DNA of 64,000 nt, from the NCBI GenBank assembly GCA_004431415.1, contig QPMI01000526.1, forward strand, positions 193,175 to 257,174, in the 5' to 3' direction. Shown here piece after piece: positions 34,548 to 46,149 of this stretch; within the stretch, counting starts at the first letter, position 1, and every line of letters starts with the position of its first letter. The notes beneath the pieces are model-generated. The model saw only the letters and a list, made by a program, of their open reading frames with translations, made no database searches and was not told where the DNA came from. The DNA comes from Cyanophora paradoxa CCMP329. Lineage: Eukaryota > Plantae > Glaucophyta. A program made the position numbers and the translations under genes.

Positions 34548-37500
34548 TCTTAGATATAGATCTAAAGTATTTAAAGATTCATCTCCTTAAAATTCCTATA
34601 CGTCTAATTGTATAGGCTAAATTTACTGGCGACCCTCCAACTGATGCGGCAAAATCTCTTGCATTAGCACACAACACAACTACAATGAGTTTCACATCGC
34701 CCAATAAATCTCTCCGACTAGATACTATCGAGGACCGTCGTATGCTGTGCTTTAGAAAGTACAAAATGAACGAAAGGTTTGAAGGTTTCGTGTCTAGATA
34801 TCTAGCTAAGGAGGTTTCTAACTAATACTAATGATGTGGAAGCTAGCTGTATCGATTTCTAAACCAACCTAAACTCCCGGCTACGAGGTCCTATCTCTAC
34901 AAAAGACTCCCAATCATGGTATGTCCGCCGCCAGCGCTGCCCAAGGGCCTCGCCGCGCCGTGTGCCAGGCTCCTCGCCAGCCCCAGTAGATTGGGCTACT
35001 GGCCGCCTCCTGCCGTCGCCTCCGCCGCCTCCATTTGTTGGTGTTGCGTCCTCCGGCCCCGCCCCCAGACCGCAATCCCCCAGTGTCTCCCTCTAGCGCG
35101 GGCGCGCCCTCTGTGTGCCCACGCCCCAAGCATACCTGTTCGTATGGTCGTATACTTGCATGGCCGCTGAAGCCCGGACCCAGCCGTAGTCGTCTGGCGG
35201 GCAGCTCAGGTGTGAGAGGGCTAGGGTTTCCCCGCCTTGGTGGCGGGACTCGAGGGCACCGCACTCCCTGCAGCGTTCCCGCTGCCGGGGCTCCGGATCC
35301 GCGCGCTTCCTGCGAGCGTTGCCAGCCGTATCGTCAGGCGGCGCGTCGGCCTCGCGCCCGCGCGCCTCAGTGCGCTTCGCCTTGGCGCGACGTTCTTTCA
35401 TGACCTTCGTGATCCCGCACGCCTTCTCCCACTCCGCGTACGCCTGGCATCTGGCGGCCCACGTTTTATGGGCCTGCTCGCCTATGGCCGTCGTCAGCTT
35501 GCGCACGACCTGGGCAGCTTTCTTGGCGTCCGTGACGGTCTCGCGAATCATATCGGTGAGGCCCGCCGGGGCAGCCCCCGTAGCACGCACATCTGCGCCT
35601 GCCGTTCAGCTGCCGTGAGCGTCGGGTCGTTTACTCTCGTGACCTTCAGGGAGCTGGAGAGCGCGTGTGGCACTGACCGCTTCTGCGCGCCTTCGAGGGC
35701 CTCGCTGACCGTCGCTGCGATGCGTGCTTCCGCAGCGGTGCGCGCCTCCGTCGCCACCGCGCTGGGGCAGGTGAGGACGTGCTCCAGCGTCTCCTCGGGC
35801 CCAGTCACAAGCTGGGGCCGGCCGTCGCCATCGATTTCCCGTGTGCTGCAGAGCGCACAGAGTCCTGCCGGGTTCACTTCGCTGTAGAGCTCGGGCGCGT
35901 CTCGCTTGCGGACGAGGGCCGTCGCCACCGTACCCAAAACGAGTTTCATGTGCGTACCCCGGAAGCAGTTGCTCTCTCGGCTCACTCCGACTCGGCGGGC
36001 CCCATAGCCATCTGATCGTATACTGCGCCGTGATCCACTGGCAGCCGTAGCCACTCCCCGGCCTTGAGCTGGTTCGCCCACGCGAAGTGCGTGTGGTGCG
36101 CGTGAAGCACAGCGGCGTGCCGCCGAGGGTCGCCTTCGACTCGCCTGACTATCCCGGTCGGTCCCTCGATCGTCAGCACTGCCGGCATGCTGAACTCGGG
36201 CGGCAGGAAGATGTTCTCGTCCAGTTCCTCCTGTTCCAGGTGCGCGCCTTGATCGGCCGCTCTGTCGGCGGCGTCGTTTAGCTCGTGCATATCCTCGTCG
36301 CTGTGCGCCTTGACCTTGATAACCGCAGCCGGCCGCTGCCGATCCCGTCCCATCACCAGGGCGCGGAACTTGGACCACGCGTACAGCTCAGCGCTGCACG
36401 TGTTCCGGATGTAGTCTCGCATGTGCATATCGTGCGCATTCAGCACGAACTTATCGAACCACGTGCAGACGTTCTGACTGTCCGTGTGCAGGCGCACCCC
36501 CTGCGCCGCGAGCACGTCGGCGACGATCGCAGCCTGGAGCTCAGCCTTGTTGTTCTCTTGAAGCCCGCGCAGCCTGCCAACGTACGTGCCTGCCCATTCC
36601 GGGTGGTTCGCCACGGTCCCGTCCGGGAACTCAGCCGGGCTCACGACGCCGAGGCCCGCGTGCGCCCCTTCCGTTTGACCCTTCTTCAGGCTCCCGTCCG
36701 TCCATATCCACTGCTCGAGTTTCCCCGGGCGACGGCCGAGCTTCGCGAGTTCCGCCTCTTCGATCTGCTCCCAATTTGCCAGCATGTGCTGCCAGTAAAC
36801 GGTGAGGGTGACCCCTTCCTGCGCCGCCCGGGAGTCCCAGTGGCGCGGCGCTCCGCCCGCGTAGTAGAGTTCGCTCTGCTCTGCTGAATCTGACACAGGT
36901 TGTGCCTCGTCCCGCGGCTCGGCGCCCGGCGTCGCCGCCGCAGCCACTTCCAGCGCGGCCTGCAGCTCAGCCTCGGCCTCCGGGCTCAGCTGTTCGCGGA
37001 GGAAGCGCTCGTCACCATCCTGTACGGCTTTCACGCGGGCCTGGAGAAGCAGCGCCCTGCGTTTCTCGTCGTCTTGCGTGCGCAGGCCCGGGTCGTAGTA
37101 CTCCAAGGTCGGTCGCAGGGCGACCTGCTTGCGCCCGCGCTTCGACTTCGTCTCCTGACCCGCCGCTACCGCCGGCGTCTCCTCCGTCGGTTCGCCTTCC
37201 AAGGCGAGGAGGGTATCCTCCTCCTCCCACCAGCCCTTCCCGTGCGTCCACGAGCCGTCGCACTGACTCATTTCGGGGCAGCGCGATGGAGCATTGCGCG
37301 TGCACCGGTCGTCATGGTGCCAGTACTGCTTCCCTGTCCCCTGCACCGCCGTGTACGTGCTCGTCCGCCCCTCTATTTCGGGGTGCCGGCAGTGACCGTC
37401 GCACCGGCAGTAGAGTCCCTCTTTCTCCGCGTCGGGGTCCGCGCCCTTTGGCACCGGCACCCAGTGCTCCAGCAGGTACTCCGACGCTAATATGCTGCCC

Positions 37501-40500
37501 GTCTCGGATTTGAACGTAACGACTCGCCCCACGTGGGGCTCGGCAGATTCATCGTGCAGTTGCTCCGCCTCAAATACGGCTACGAACGCGTCCTTTGCCC
37601 ACTTCACCTTCCGGGCCCCGCCAGGAGCGAGGCCATGGCTGACGCGCGCTCTCCTGCCCGCCGCATCGGGTGCCGCAGCTGCTTCCCATCAACCGCGAGC
37701 GCGTTCGCTACCTCACGCCACCACGCAGGCTCGCTCTTCTGCAGCGTCCCCTTGGGCGCGCCCATGTACAGGTCCTGCCAGGTTCGCAGGGTCTCGCCGT
37801 CCGCTGCCGTCACCGCGTCCATGGTCGTCACGCCCGCCCCGTACAGGGCAGGGGCCGCGACGCTGAAGACGGATCTTGGGATGTGCATTGCCACGACGTA
37901 GCGCCGGTCGAGGCGCTCCGGGTCAGGCCAAGGCTCCGCCCGGGCAAGGTGCGGAACGCCGCATAGCGCGCGTGATTCGACATCAGCCGGTACTTACGGC
38001 GCTGCATTTGCGGCATGATCGCCGCCAGGGAGTTCCCGCGGGCGAGTTCGCTGGAGATGGGCGCGTTTAGGAACTCGGTCGGGAGCAGAGGCACCCCAAG
38101 CTTCTCCTGCAGTGCGCGCACCCGGTGCCGTACCCCCGAGCCAGCAGCGAGCCCTCGGGCGCGCAGAGCCGGATCTGAGCCTCTGTGATTTGCGCCTCCG
38201 CTTGCAGGTGGGCTGTTCGTTTGAGGCTGTACCCCCCGTGGCTCCAGATTGCGTAATTCGTCGTCGAGGCGGCGAGGTTCCCGTGGTGCTTGACGACCCT
38301 CATCCAAATACGATCGAGTTCCTGGCACTGACTCTCGCTCAGGGTCATGAGCTTCAGGCCGTACGAGATGCGGGCCTGCACTACGGCCTCGACAAGGTAG
38401 CAGGCCTCGTTCGCGGTGAGCTTCTTGCGTTCTATCAGCGCGACTGCGCCCCGCGCCTGATCGCAGATGTACTGCCACTGACGATCCCAGTTCAGGTTTG
38501 CGCTCATGTATACCCCGAGGAGCTTGAAGTGCTCTTGGGGCTGGCGGACAAGTCCGACGGGGGTACCGTTGATCTTCGGCGGGGAGGCTGCTTCTCCTTC
38601 TTCTTCGCGGCGGGGTGGGCCCCAGGTTTGCTCTCAACTTCGCGACGTGCGTTGTTCCACGTGAAGATCGTCTTCTTCGCGTTGACCTCGATATCGTGCA
38701 GGCGGAAGAACTCGCCGGCCACGTCGGCCTGGCCTGTAGCCCCCGCATGCTTCCGCTCATCCACTTCGTGTCATCGGCGTACGCCACGCCGCTGACGCGG
38801 CCCGGCCCTCGCGTTCCGCAGCATCGGTCTCCCTCGGGTTCCCCATCACGTACGCCGTGCCCGGCTCCTCCCAGCTCTCGGGGTGGGCATAGTGCTCTAT
38901 CGTCTTTGCCGTCTTCTTTCCGTGCTGGCGCTCGTGCTGATCCAGGCGCTCTTGCGCGCAGAGGAGGGCATCGTAGAAGATCAGCCAGTGCAGCGGCGAC
39001 TCGACACCGCCCTGCGGCAGCCCGCACTCGAGCTCGAACTCGTCGGAGAGGCCGTGACCGGAGATTGCCCGCGCCCTGCGGCGCCGGAATATGTTCCTGT
39101 GGAGCTCGATGTACCCCTCGGGTACGTTCAGCCTCCGCATCGAGAGCTCCATGCTCTCCCACGAGACGGAGTCGTACGCTCGCCTGATATCCTGCAGCAG
39201 GATGTACAGGGGCTTCTTGAACTCCTTCGCGTCCTCGAGGACTGCGTTAAAGACGTGGAGGGCGTCGTCCGTCGAGCAACCAGGTCTGAAGCCGTAGTTG
39301 GCCCCTTTCAGGAGCCCGTTCTGATGGATTGTCCGGGACAGGCGCGCGTTCAGGAGGCCAGTGGTCAGCTTCAAGGCCACCTCCTGCAGGGTGATCGGTC
39401 GCAGGTTATTTTCGATATCCCCGTCCCACTCCCGGCTCTTAGTAATGCCGAGAATGTTGCCCTGACACACGGCATCCGGCAGGTCCCGGAGGCGGATCGC
39501 TTCAGCCACCAGCGAGAGCAGCAGCTTCCGGCCCCAGTGTACGGGCTCCTCTTCCGTGGCCTCCTCGGCGCTCTCGTCGGCTGGGCTCGGCCCTCCGGCG
39601 CTGGGCCACCGGCCTCGTCGCCCTTACCGTCTTTGGGCTTCGGCTTGGGCACCGGCGCCCATAGGAACTTTACCATAGCATACGAGAAGTTCGACGGCCC
39701 GGCTGCCGTGTTTCTTAGCGTTTTAATGTAGTCGCCGAGCTCGCCTTCGCTCGGCACCGACATGTCGTTTCGGAATAGTTCAGGATCCGCGTATGCTTTT
39801 GGCTCGTATTCCAACCTCCAGAAGTCGAGCAGTTCTTTCCCCATGCTATCCTTCAGCGCGCTTTCCGGTATTGTCTCTGGGGTGCAGCCCACGCGTGGGC
39901 GTCGGCGCCGGCACCATTTCCGCCAGTGCTCTTTTAGGAGTCGTTTCACTTCCTCAGGCTCCGTGTAGATTTCATACGTTTTTCCGTCCTTGGACACACG
40001 CGTGATGTGCATGATCGGGCGGTTTCGCGGCTTTTCTAGCACCGCGGCTATATAGGATCCGAGCTGGCGGCCGTCCATGAACTTGTCTAGCCTCTCTTTT
40101 AATGCCCTCTCGACGTCCTCCGCCTGGAGCGCCCGGCGGATTTTCTGCAGGTCGTGCCGCGTCCGGTTTCGCCATACTTTCAGCTCCCGGAAGAAGGTCG
40201 CCCAGTCTTCTTTGAGCTGCCGCCGGTGCACCTCGGCCCAGTCCTCTTCCTGATCAGCCGGGGGGGTACCTGGGGACCGGGTACGGCTGGGACCGGCGCG
40301 GGGCTACCGCTGCGCGAGCCTTGTGAGCTGTGCGAGCTCGAGTGCGCATGTGGGGATCCGGGCGGCGGTGAGCCTTGCTCAGCCCTTGCTTGGCGCCGTT
40401 CAGCCGGACGGAGCGGGAAGGGTCGGAGGCCTTCCCTGGCGGTCACGTAGTGCAGCAGCTTCTCGATCGCCTGGACCGTCAGCTCCGACGGGATCCCGCC

Positions 40501-43300
40501 TGGTTCCTTCCTCCAAGCAGCGAGAATGCGGGCGACTCTGGCGTCGGCCTTCGCCTGCCACGGCAGGTTGCGCGGCTTGGTCGGCTTCCCCCCTCGGCCC
40601 CTCATGCATAGATGTTCCTTTGCCACCTCCTGAACAAGGCTCGCGCACGCAGCGTGGATGCGGCTCAGTCGTTCGAGACGCTCTTCCGGCGTGCCCTCGC
40701 CGACGGCGTCAAGGTCCGCCCCGACAGCTTCGCCGAGCTGCCTGTTTAGCTCTCTTTTCAGCTCATCTTTCTCGTTTTGTGTGCGCTTCAGGCCGTCCGG
40801 GTCAAATACTGGTGGCCCGGGTTTCGGTTCTGGCTTCGGTCCCACCGGCGCTGTCATGCCCGCCTCCTTCAGGTCGAAGTCCGCGAACGCTGGATAGTGG
40901 TCCGAGTCGTGCGGCGCATCGACCCACGCGGGGCACGTGTGCGCGCTGAGGAGCACGTGATCCAGTGATTCCGAGACCAGCACTGCATCGATGCGCGCCG
41001 CGTGCCAGAGCGCATCTTTTGGTAGGTCAGCCGGCGTTTCCTCCTCTGCTTCGCGTTCCGCGTCCTCTGACTCGTCTACGCCGTCTGACGGCACAGGTGC
41101 CGCCGCCGCCCCGACCGACGCCCCTTGGCCCTTGCTTCCGTGCGGGGTGCGGTGCGTGATCTCGCGTGCTCCGCAGAGAGTTCCGTCATCATGTTTCGCC
41201 GCGTGGGACATCCCGGCGTCGCGCAGGTCCCACGAGTCGATCATCGTGTGCCACCACTTCCGTTCGGCTTTGTGGCTCTGGGCCAGGGCGCCGTTTCGGA
41301 TGCGCGAGCTCGACGGGACCGGGACCGAGTTCCAGTCTCCCAGGAGCAGCAGGTGCGCGTTTTCACGCTCGTAGAAGTCGTCGTACATCTTCGTCAGTTC
41401 TTCGACGACCTTCTCCTGATCCTGGCGATGCGCAGCTTTGCTCTCGGACGCGGGCATGTACACGCTCGCCACGAAGAGCTGGAGGTTCCCTTTGAAGCGG
41501 AGCTCGAATCCGATCAGCCGGCCCTGGACCTCGTACTTCGTCGTGAGGTGCTTGACCCATTGCGGCGCGACCCAGAGAGCGGCGCCGCTCCCTCGCGTTC
41601 CGTCTCCTGATTTTAGCGTGTACAGGAGCTTTCCGTGCGTTATCGCGCCTTCCGGCTGGAGCGGGTCCTCCCCTCTCGACCTCAGGGCGGCGGCCATCTG
41701 GGGCCTTGTCATCGACAGCTCCTGCACGCCCGCTACATCGACGTCCCAGCGGCAGCAGAATTCTTCTAGCTGCTGCAGCTTGTAGGCGCTGGACCCTCTC
41801 GTGTTGAAGGTCATGGTCCTCAGCACCCCGTCCGGTTTCTGCTTCCTGATAGCCGGCTCGTCCCCTATGAAGTCGCCACCTTCGGGGAACAGTCTGGGGG
41901 AAAGACATTCTCCAGACGGAGCGTCGCAGCCGCCGCGGGTCCCGCGCCCCGGCCTTCTTGTTCAGCTGCAGCTTGGTTGCATTTTGTTTCTTTTGGCCCG
42001 TCGGCTTGCTGCCGGACGCCTTTGTAGGTGGGGCTGCTTTTGCCGCGGCGGGGGCCGCGGCCGCAGATTTAGTTTTCTTTTTCATTTAGTAACATTAGAT
42101 GCGTGGACTTTTTGCATCCCAGTGCCCCCGCGGATGTGCACGGGAAAGCTATGACCTGCGGGGCAGATACCGGTGGTGCGGTTGACAAGGCCTGAGCGGG
42201 GAGGTTACAGGCAAGCTTAAGCCTGCTAGAAGTGAAGGGATTCTCATTGTCAGAGCACAGAGCACAGAGGGAGCACAAAGGGCGGTGGCTAGCGATGCTC
42301 ATGATCAAATCTAGACGCCGGCTAGCGCTGCGGCAACGGCCGCTTGCTGGGGGCACGCGCATATGCAGCCGGGCGGAGCGCGGGCCAGCGACGAGGTCAA
42401 AAGGGCTTCCTCGGACAAGTCTTCGACTTGCAGGTCGTACTGGCTATGGTCTGATAGCGACGCATGCGCAGCTGGGCTGCTCTGCGCAACGAAGACGTGA
42501 ACGTCAACGTGCAATCTCGAGGGCAGCAGGGATTCGTCGGCAGCACTTCTTTCAGAGACTAAGGCGGCATCCGGGCGCGGCGTGGTCGCCGGCAGGAACT
42601 GGCATGGATCGTTTGCACTGCGGGCACGACTGAGTCGCCGGAGCTTGACCCGGGGCCGGGAAAAGCTCGATCGGCGAAGAGACATTCCGAATCACGACTC
42701 GAAAGTCGGAGATCAAATTCCGTGGGCGCCCGGCGGGCCACCGAGCAACAAGCGAAATCCCGGCGGGCCGAACGGACGTACGCGGCGGCGGCGGGGGATC
42801 TAAGTCTATGTTTTAGAGGGTCTGGGCATGTGCACGCCGCCGCGAGGGAGCTTGCGCAGGCAGCGGGGGCACGAGAACTATTCAAATTTCGGGAACCTGG
42901 CGCGCGCCAGAGGGCTTCCCCTGACTGAGAACAACTTCTATTCCATGGATTTGGTGGCGAAAGGTCCGATTTTAGAGCGAAACGCGAGAGGACGGCCGGC
43001 ATACCTCCATCTCCGGAATTCCGTTGATGTCGATACCACCGGGCGCGCCAGGGGCTACCGAATGCTTCTACGCTAGCTGTTGTATACGCATGGACCTCAC
43101 ACCCGGGCAATTCCGCTTCGCTCCATAGCCCCCGATTCCATGCGTTTAAAGTGATTACCTCTAGTAATTGCTAAGAATTTTCACCTCACACGTCTACCCC
43201 GCCGATCCAGCAACGTCTACCGGCCCACTCCCTAGGTGGAAGCCAAGCAATATCTGACGACTATACAAGGCAGAGGAGACAACAAGAATAGGCGAAGAGG
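34548..43300 (-). mobile_element. Non-LTR retrotransposon with APE endonuclease, reverse transcriptase and RNase H (ends uncertain)
   Basis: Intronless ~7-kb minus-strand coding region with LINE domain order. No TSD or poly-A tail was found, so the boundaries are estimates. Confidence 0.85.
35093..42085 (-). pseudogene. LINE ORF2 (APE-RT-RNase H-Zn finger), split by multiple frameshifts
   Basis: APE: TFNTRG, VAGVQE, LLGDWN, RIDAVL, SDH. RT: LRPITL, DIRRAYDSV, GLPQGGVESP, AYADDT. RNase H: WTDGS, NKAEL, TDSQ, VKAH..NDAAD. C-terminal CALC..ETLEHVLTC. Confidence 0.9.
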
Positions 43301-43347
43301 AGCGCTGCCCCCATGAGCGCGGTCTGCAGAGCAACGTGGCAGAATAG

Positions 43348-43604
43348 TCTAGACGATATTAATGTGTACAATGAAGCTATCAGAGGAAACACGTTTAGCT
43401 TAATTTTAGGCGAAAATGAAGTGTACATCGAAGCTAACAGAGGAAACACGTTTAGGTTAATTTTAGGCGATATAGATGAGTACGATGAAGCTAACAGAGG
43501 AAGCACGTTTAGGTTAATTTTAGGCGAAATGATGAGAACATTGAAGCAACCAGAGGAAAAGCGTTTAGCTCTATCTAGGCGATATGAATGAGTACATTGA
43601 AGCA
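43348..43604. repeat. 56-57-bp tandem repeat, ~4.5 copies, probably subterminal repeat of element 2
   Basis: gaagc..cagaggaa...cgtttag...taggcga recurs at 43373, 43430, 43487, 43543 and (partial) 43599. Confidence 0.88.
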
Positions 43605-43643
43605 CTTTGTGCCCAAAGAGCGCTCTGGTGCGGCCTCATCCAC

Positions 43644-43979
43644 TTAATCTGGCTGCTTTTCCGAAACTGGAGTCTTCTCCTTTCTGAAACTTGATAGCAA
43701 GGACTTTCTTCTTTTCATTGGCTTCGGGATATCTGGGGGAGGCCACGACAATCTTCGGCCTTCAGCATCAAGCCAAGGTACAGGTGAATCAGTTCGAGTA
43801 AATGGAGAATTGGACCTAGAAGTCCTGGGTGTGTTGATAGGCGAAGCCTGAGCTTCTGGGGTGCGAGAGCCCTCAGTGTCCGATATTTCGAGGTTAATGG
43901 TCGTCTCGCAGCAACTACAATTCAATTTGCTGGTGACGTTGAGATGGAACATATCCATGAATTTTCGAAGCAAATCCAT
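43644..43979 (-). CDS. Hypothetical viral protein, 111 aa, with CSCC motif and S/P/R-rich tail
   Basis: Intact ATG ORF co-oriented with the structural gene cluster. Confidence 0.6.
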   Translation of the reverse strand: MDLLRKFMDMFHLNVTSKLNCSCCETTINLEISDTEGSRTPEAQASPINTPRTSRSNSPFTRTDSPVPWLDAEGRRLSWPPPDIPKPMKRRKSLLSSFRKEKTPVSEKQPD

Positions 43980-44017
43980 CTATTAATGGAAAAATATAAA
44001 AAAACAAAGGAATGCGG

Positions 44018-44842
44018 CTATGGAGCCGTATCGCTGCCGAATATAGGAAAATACCTGTTTGTACCAACATATTCTGCATATGTGTTCTGTTTAGCAATAG
44101 CATCGGTTCTTTCAGCATAAAGGATGCATTTGTAGATACCAAACCTGGTTGCTCTCACCAAGAACTGGTAGTCTTCAAGGCCGAAATTTACACCATGATA
44201 AGCGATCCCGAAATTATCATAAGGAGTTATTACCACCGTAATATTGGGTGTCCCACCTTCTACTTGACAGAGTGCATAAATATCTGGTGGAATATCGACT
44301 ACTACCTTATAATGATCACCAATTTCAACCAGAGAATCAACTACTGATGTTTGCTCATTAACAACGATTGGAAAGATCTTTATAATATACGGTGCATTCA
44401 TACCGGGGACATACGTCCGAATCCGCGTCAGATTGTCGATCGGGTTTGGCGTGTCGTTTACGAAGAGAGGAGCTCCAATAGCTCCGCCAACACGAAGACC
44501 ATCACCAATATATGCGCCGCCATTTCGGCAGTTAATAGCTCCCAAACGAGATTCGAAAGAATAAGTCGAAAGAGGGGCGCCATAACTATCTGGATCGCCA
44601 TAATTTGCGCTAAAATTTGCATTTGTGACAAGAAGTTTCGTTGTCTTAACTATACCATTATTTTTATCACACCGGAGTTCCTGCAATCTAAGTTTATGTG
44701 TAGATCCAAAGGTATTCATGGTTGGTTGAACCTCTGTTGATTGTAGACCTTCCACATCGTCAAAAGTAGCGTGTTGTAAAACGTGGGTAGCTGGGGCGGC
44801 GAGTGAGAGCTGAGCTGTAAGGATGCGTTCAATTTCAGCCAT
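44018..44842 (-). CDS. Putative virion/fibre-associated protein, paralogue 1 (274 aa)
   Basis: Shares QH..D.V.GL.STE, ELR.DKN.G.VKTT.LLV.NANF, GGA.IG.G.R and G.Y...RTD with 44866..45720. Confidence 0.75.
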   Translation of the reverse strand: MAEIERILTAQLSLAAPATHVLQHATFDDVEGLQSTEVQPTMNTFGSTHKLRLQELRCDKNNGIVKTTKLLVTNANFSANYGDPDSYGAPLSTYSFESRLGAINCRNGGAYIGDGLRVGGAIGAPLFVNDTPNPIDNLTRIRTYVPGMNAPYIIKIFPIVVNEQTSVVDSLVEIGDHYKVVVDIPPDIYALCQVEGGTPNITVVITPYDNFGIAYHGVNFGLEDYQFLVRATRFGIYKCILYAERTDAIAKQNTYAEYVGTNRYFPIFGSDTAP

Positions 44843-44865
44843 TTTACATTAAAGTAATATAAATT

Positions 44866-45720
44866 TTACGGAGTAGGATCGTCAATAACATCTGGCTCCT
44901 GGTAAAATCCGGTTGTAAAGATATCAGCAACATTCACACCACGAAGTGCCGAAACAGCTGCTATATCTGTTCTGAGTCCCATAATCATAGTATTGTAAAC
45001 TCCTACATCAGTGACAAACAGATCATAAGTAAATGTCAAATTGTTATATACACAATATCCCCGACCGAAATGATTTGATGCTTGAACAAAGAAAAGGTAA
45101 TTGTGACCTGGTTGATTGTTGTTTGCTCTGCACATCGAAAGCATTGCTGTGGGAAGAGGAATATTCCTTCTCACACGATCAGTTCCTGTAATGGAAACCA
45201 ACTCTGAATTTTCAAGAGTGACAGATGATGCAACATAGAAGTGAAGAAAAGGTTGCTGTGCAACTGGTGTATAGAACCGAATTCGTTGTGGATTTTCAAC
45301 ATTTTGTTCAAGGGAATCCGGGACATCATTGTATGCAATCGAAGAAGAGAGTTGACCTGAAATTCTGCAGCCACCGCCAATAAAAGCTCCTCCTGATCTC
45401 ACAGTAACAGCAGCAGAATTCTTATCGAAGTCAAGGGCTTTCAGATCAACACCATAAGCATCAGGGCCACCATTAGTTGGTTGGAAGAAGTTGGCATTAG
45501 ATACGAGTAGTCGAGTTGTTTTAACCACACCTGAGTTCTTGTCAGCTCGAAGTTCTTTTACTCGAATCATTGAGTTTTTGTCAAAAGAGTTACCATTCGA
45601 ATTAGGTCGTTCAGTGGATTCCAGACCGCGAACCTCATCATTGACTTCGTGTTGGCGAAAATGATTTGCAGGGGATCCAAGTGAATAGATAGGTAACTGA
45701 ACCCGATTATATTCGCCCAT
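44866..45720 (-). CDS. Putative virion/fibre-associated protein, paralogue 2 (284 aa)
   Basis: Tandem paralogue of 44018..44842. Confidence 0.75.
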   Translation of the reverse strand: MGEYNRVQLPIYSLGSPANHFRQHEVNDEVRGLESTERPNSNGNSFDKNSMIRVKELRADKNSGVVKTTRLLVSNANFFQPTNGGPDAYGVDLKALDFDKNSAAVTVRSGGAFIGGGCRISGQLSSSIAYNDVPDSLEQNVENPQRIRFYTPVAQQPFLHFYVASSVTLENSELVSITGTDRVRRNIPLPTAMLSMCRANNNQPGHNYLFFVQASNHFGRGYCVYNNLTFTYDLFVTDVGVYNTMIMGLRTDIAAVSALRGVNVADIFTTGFYQEPDVIDDPTP

Positions 45721-45776
45721 TGCTTATTTTACTAAGAAGGAAAGAAAAAAAAGTCGGCAGACAAGCCAAACTACCA

Positions 45777-46085
45777 TCAAGCCAAAGTGATTAGATTCGC
45801 TCCAAGGGCTTGGTAAGCAACAGAAAGAGCTTGAATATTGGCTGTCATTGCTTTGATATTGCTATCGCACTCAGAGTATTTAGCAACAGGATCACCATAA
45901 GCCGATTGCGCAAGGACATTAACCAAGAGGTTTTTATATTCATGAACAACTGGGGACAGTTTGTTAGTTTGTTGTATCGTTTTTTCGACAGTTTGTAGTG
46001 CTGCTACAAGTTTGATAGTATCGAATGCAAGAGCGACAGGCTCAGAAGTAGTGGAAGGAGATCCACCGAGTGGATACGTCGCCAT
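45777..46085 (-). CDS. Hypothetical helical viral protein, 102 aa
   Basis: Intact ATG ORF in the co-oriented cluster. Confidence 0.6.
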   Translation of the reverse strand: MATYPLGGSPSTTSEPVALAFDTIKLVAALQTVEKTIQQTNKLSPVVHEYKNLLVNVLAQSAYGDPVAKYSECDSNIKAMTANIQALSVAYQALGANLITLA

Positions 46086-46149
46086 TTATTATACTGAGAC
46101 ATTTTTATTACGGCAGTTAAGCAGCCTGACCGCAGGCGAGCTAGCTTGT

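Noticed and set aside
35237-42633. Plus-strand ORFs across the retrotransposon
   Set aside because: Antisense shadows of the GC3-rich minus-strand ORF2
43274-43348. Possible resumption of the antiporter gene after the LINE (cag|AG GAG ACA..)
   Set aside because: It lacks host codon bias and CPA1-like hydrophobic sequence, and reaches a stop after ~25 codons
43348-43604. CRISPR array, or ORF 43313..43591 as a real gene
   Set aside because: Units are contiguous with no unique spacers; the ORF is a by-product of the 57-bp period
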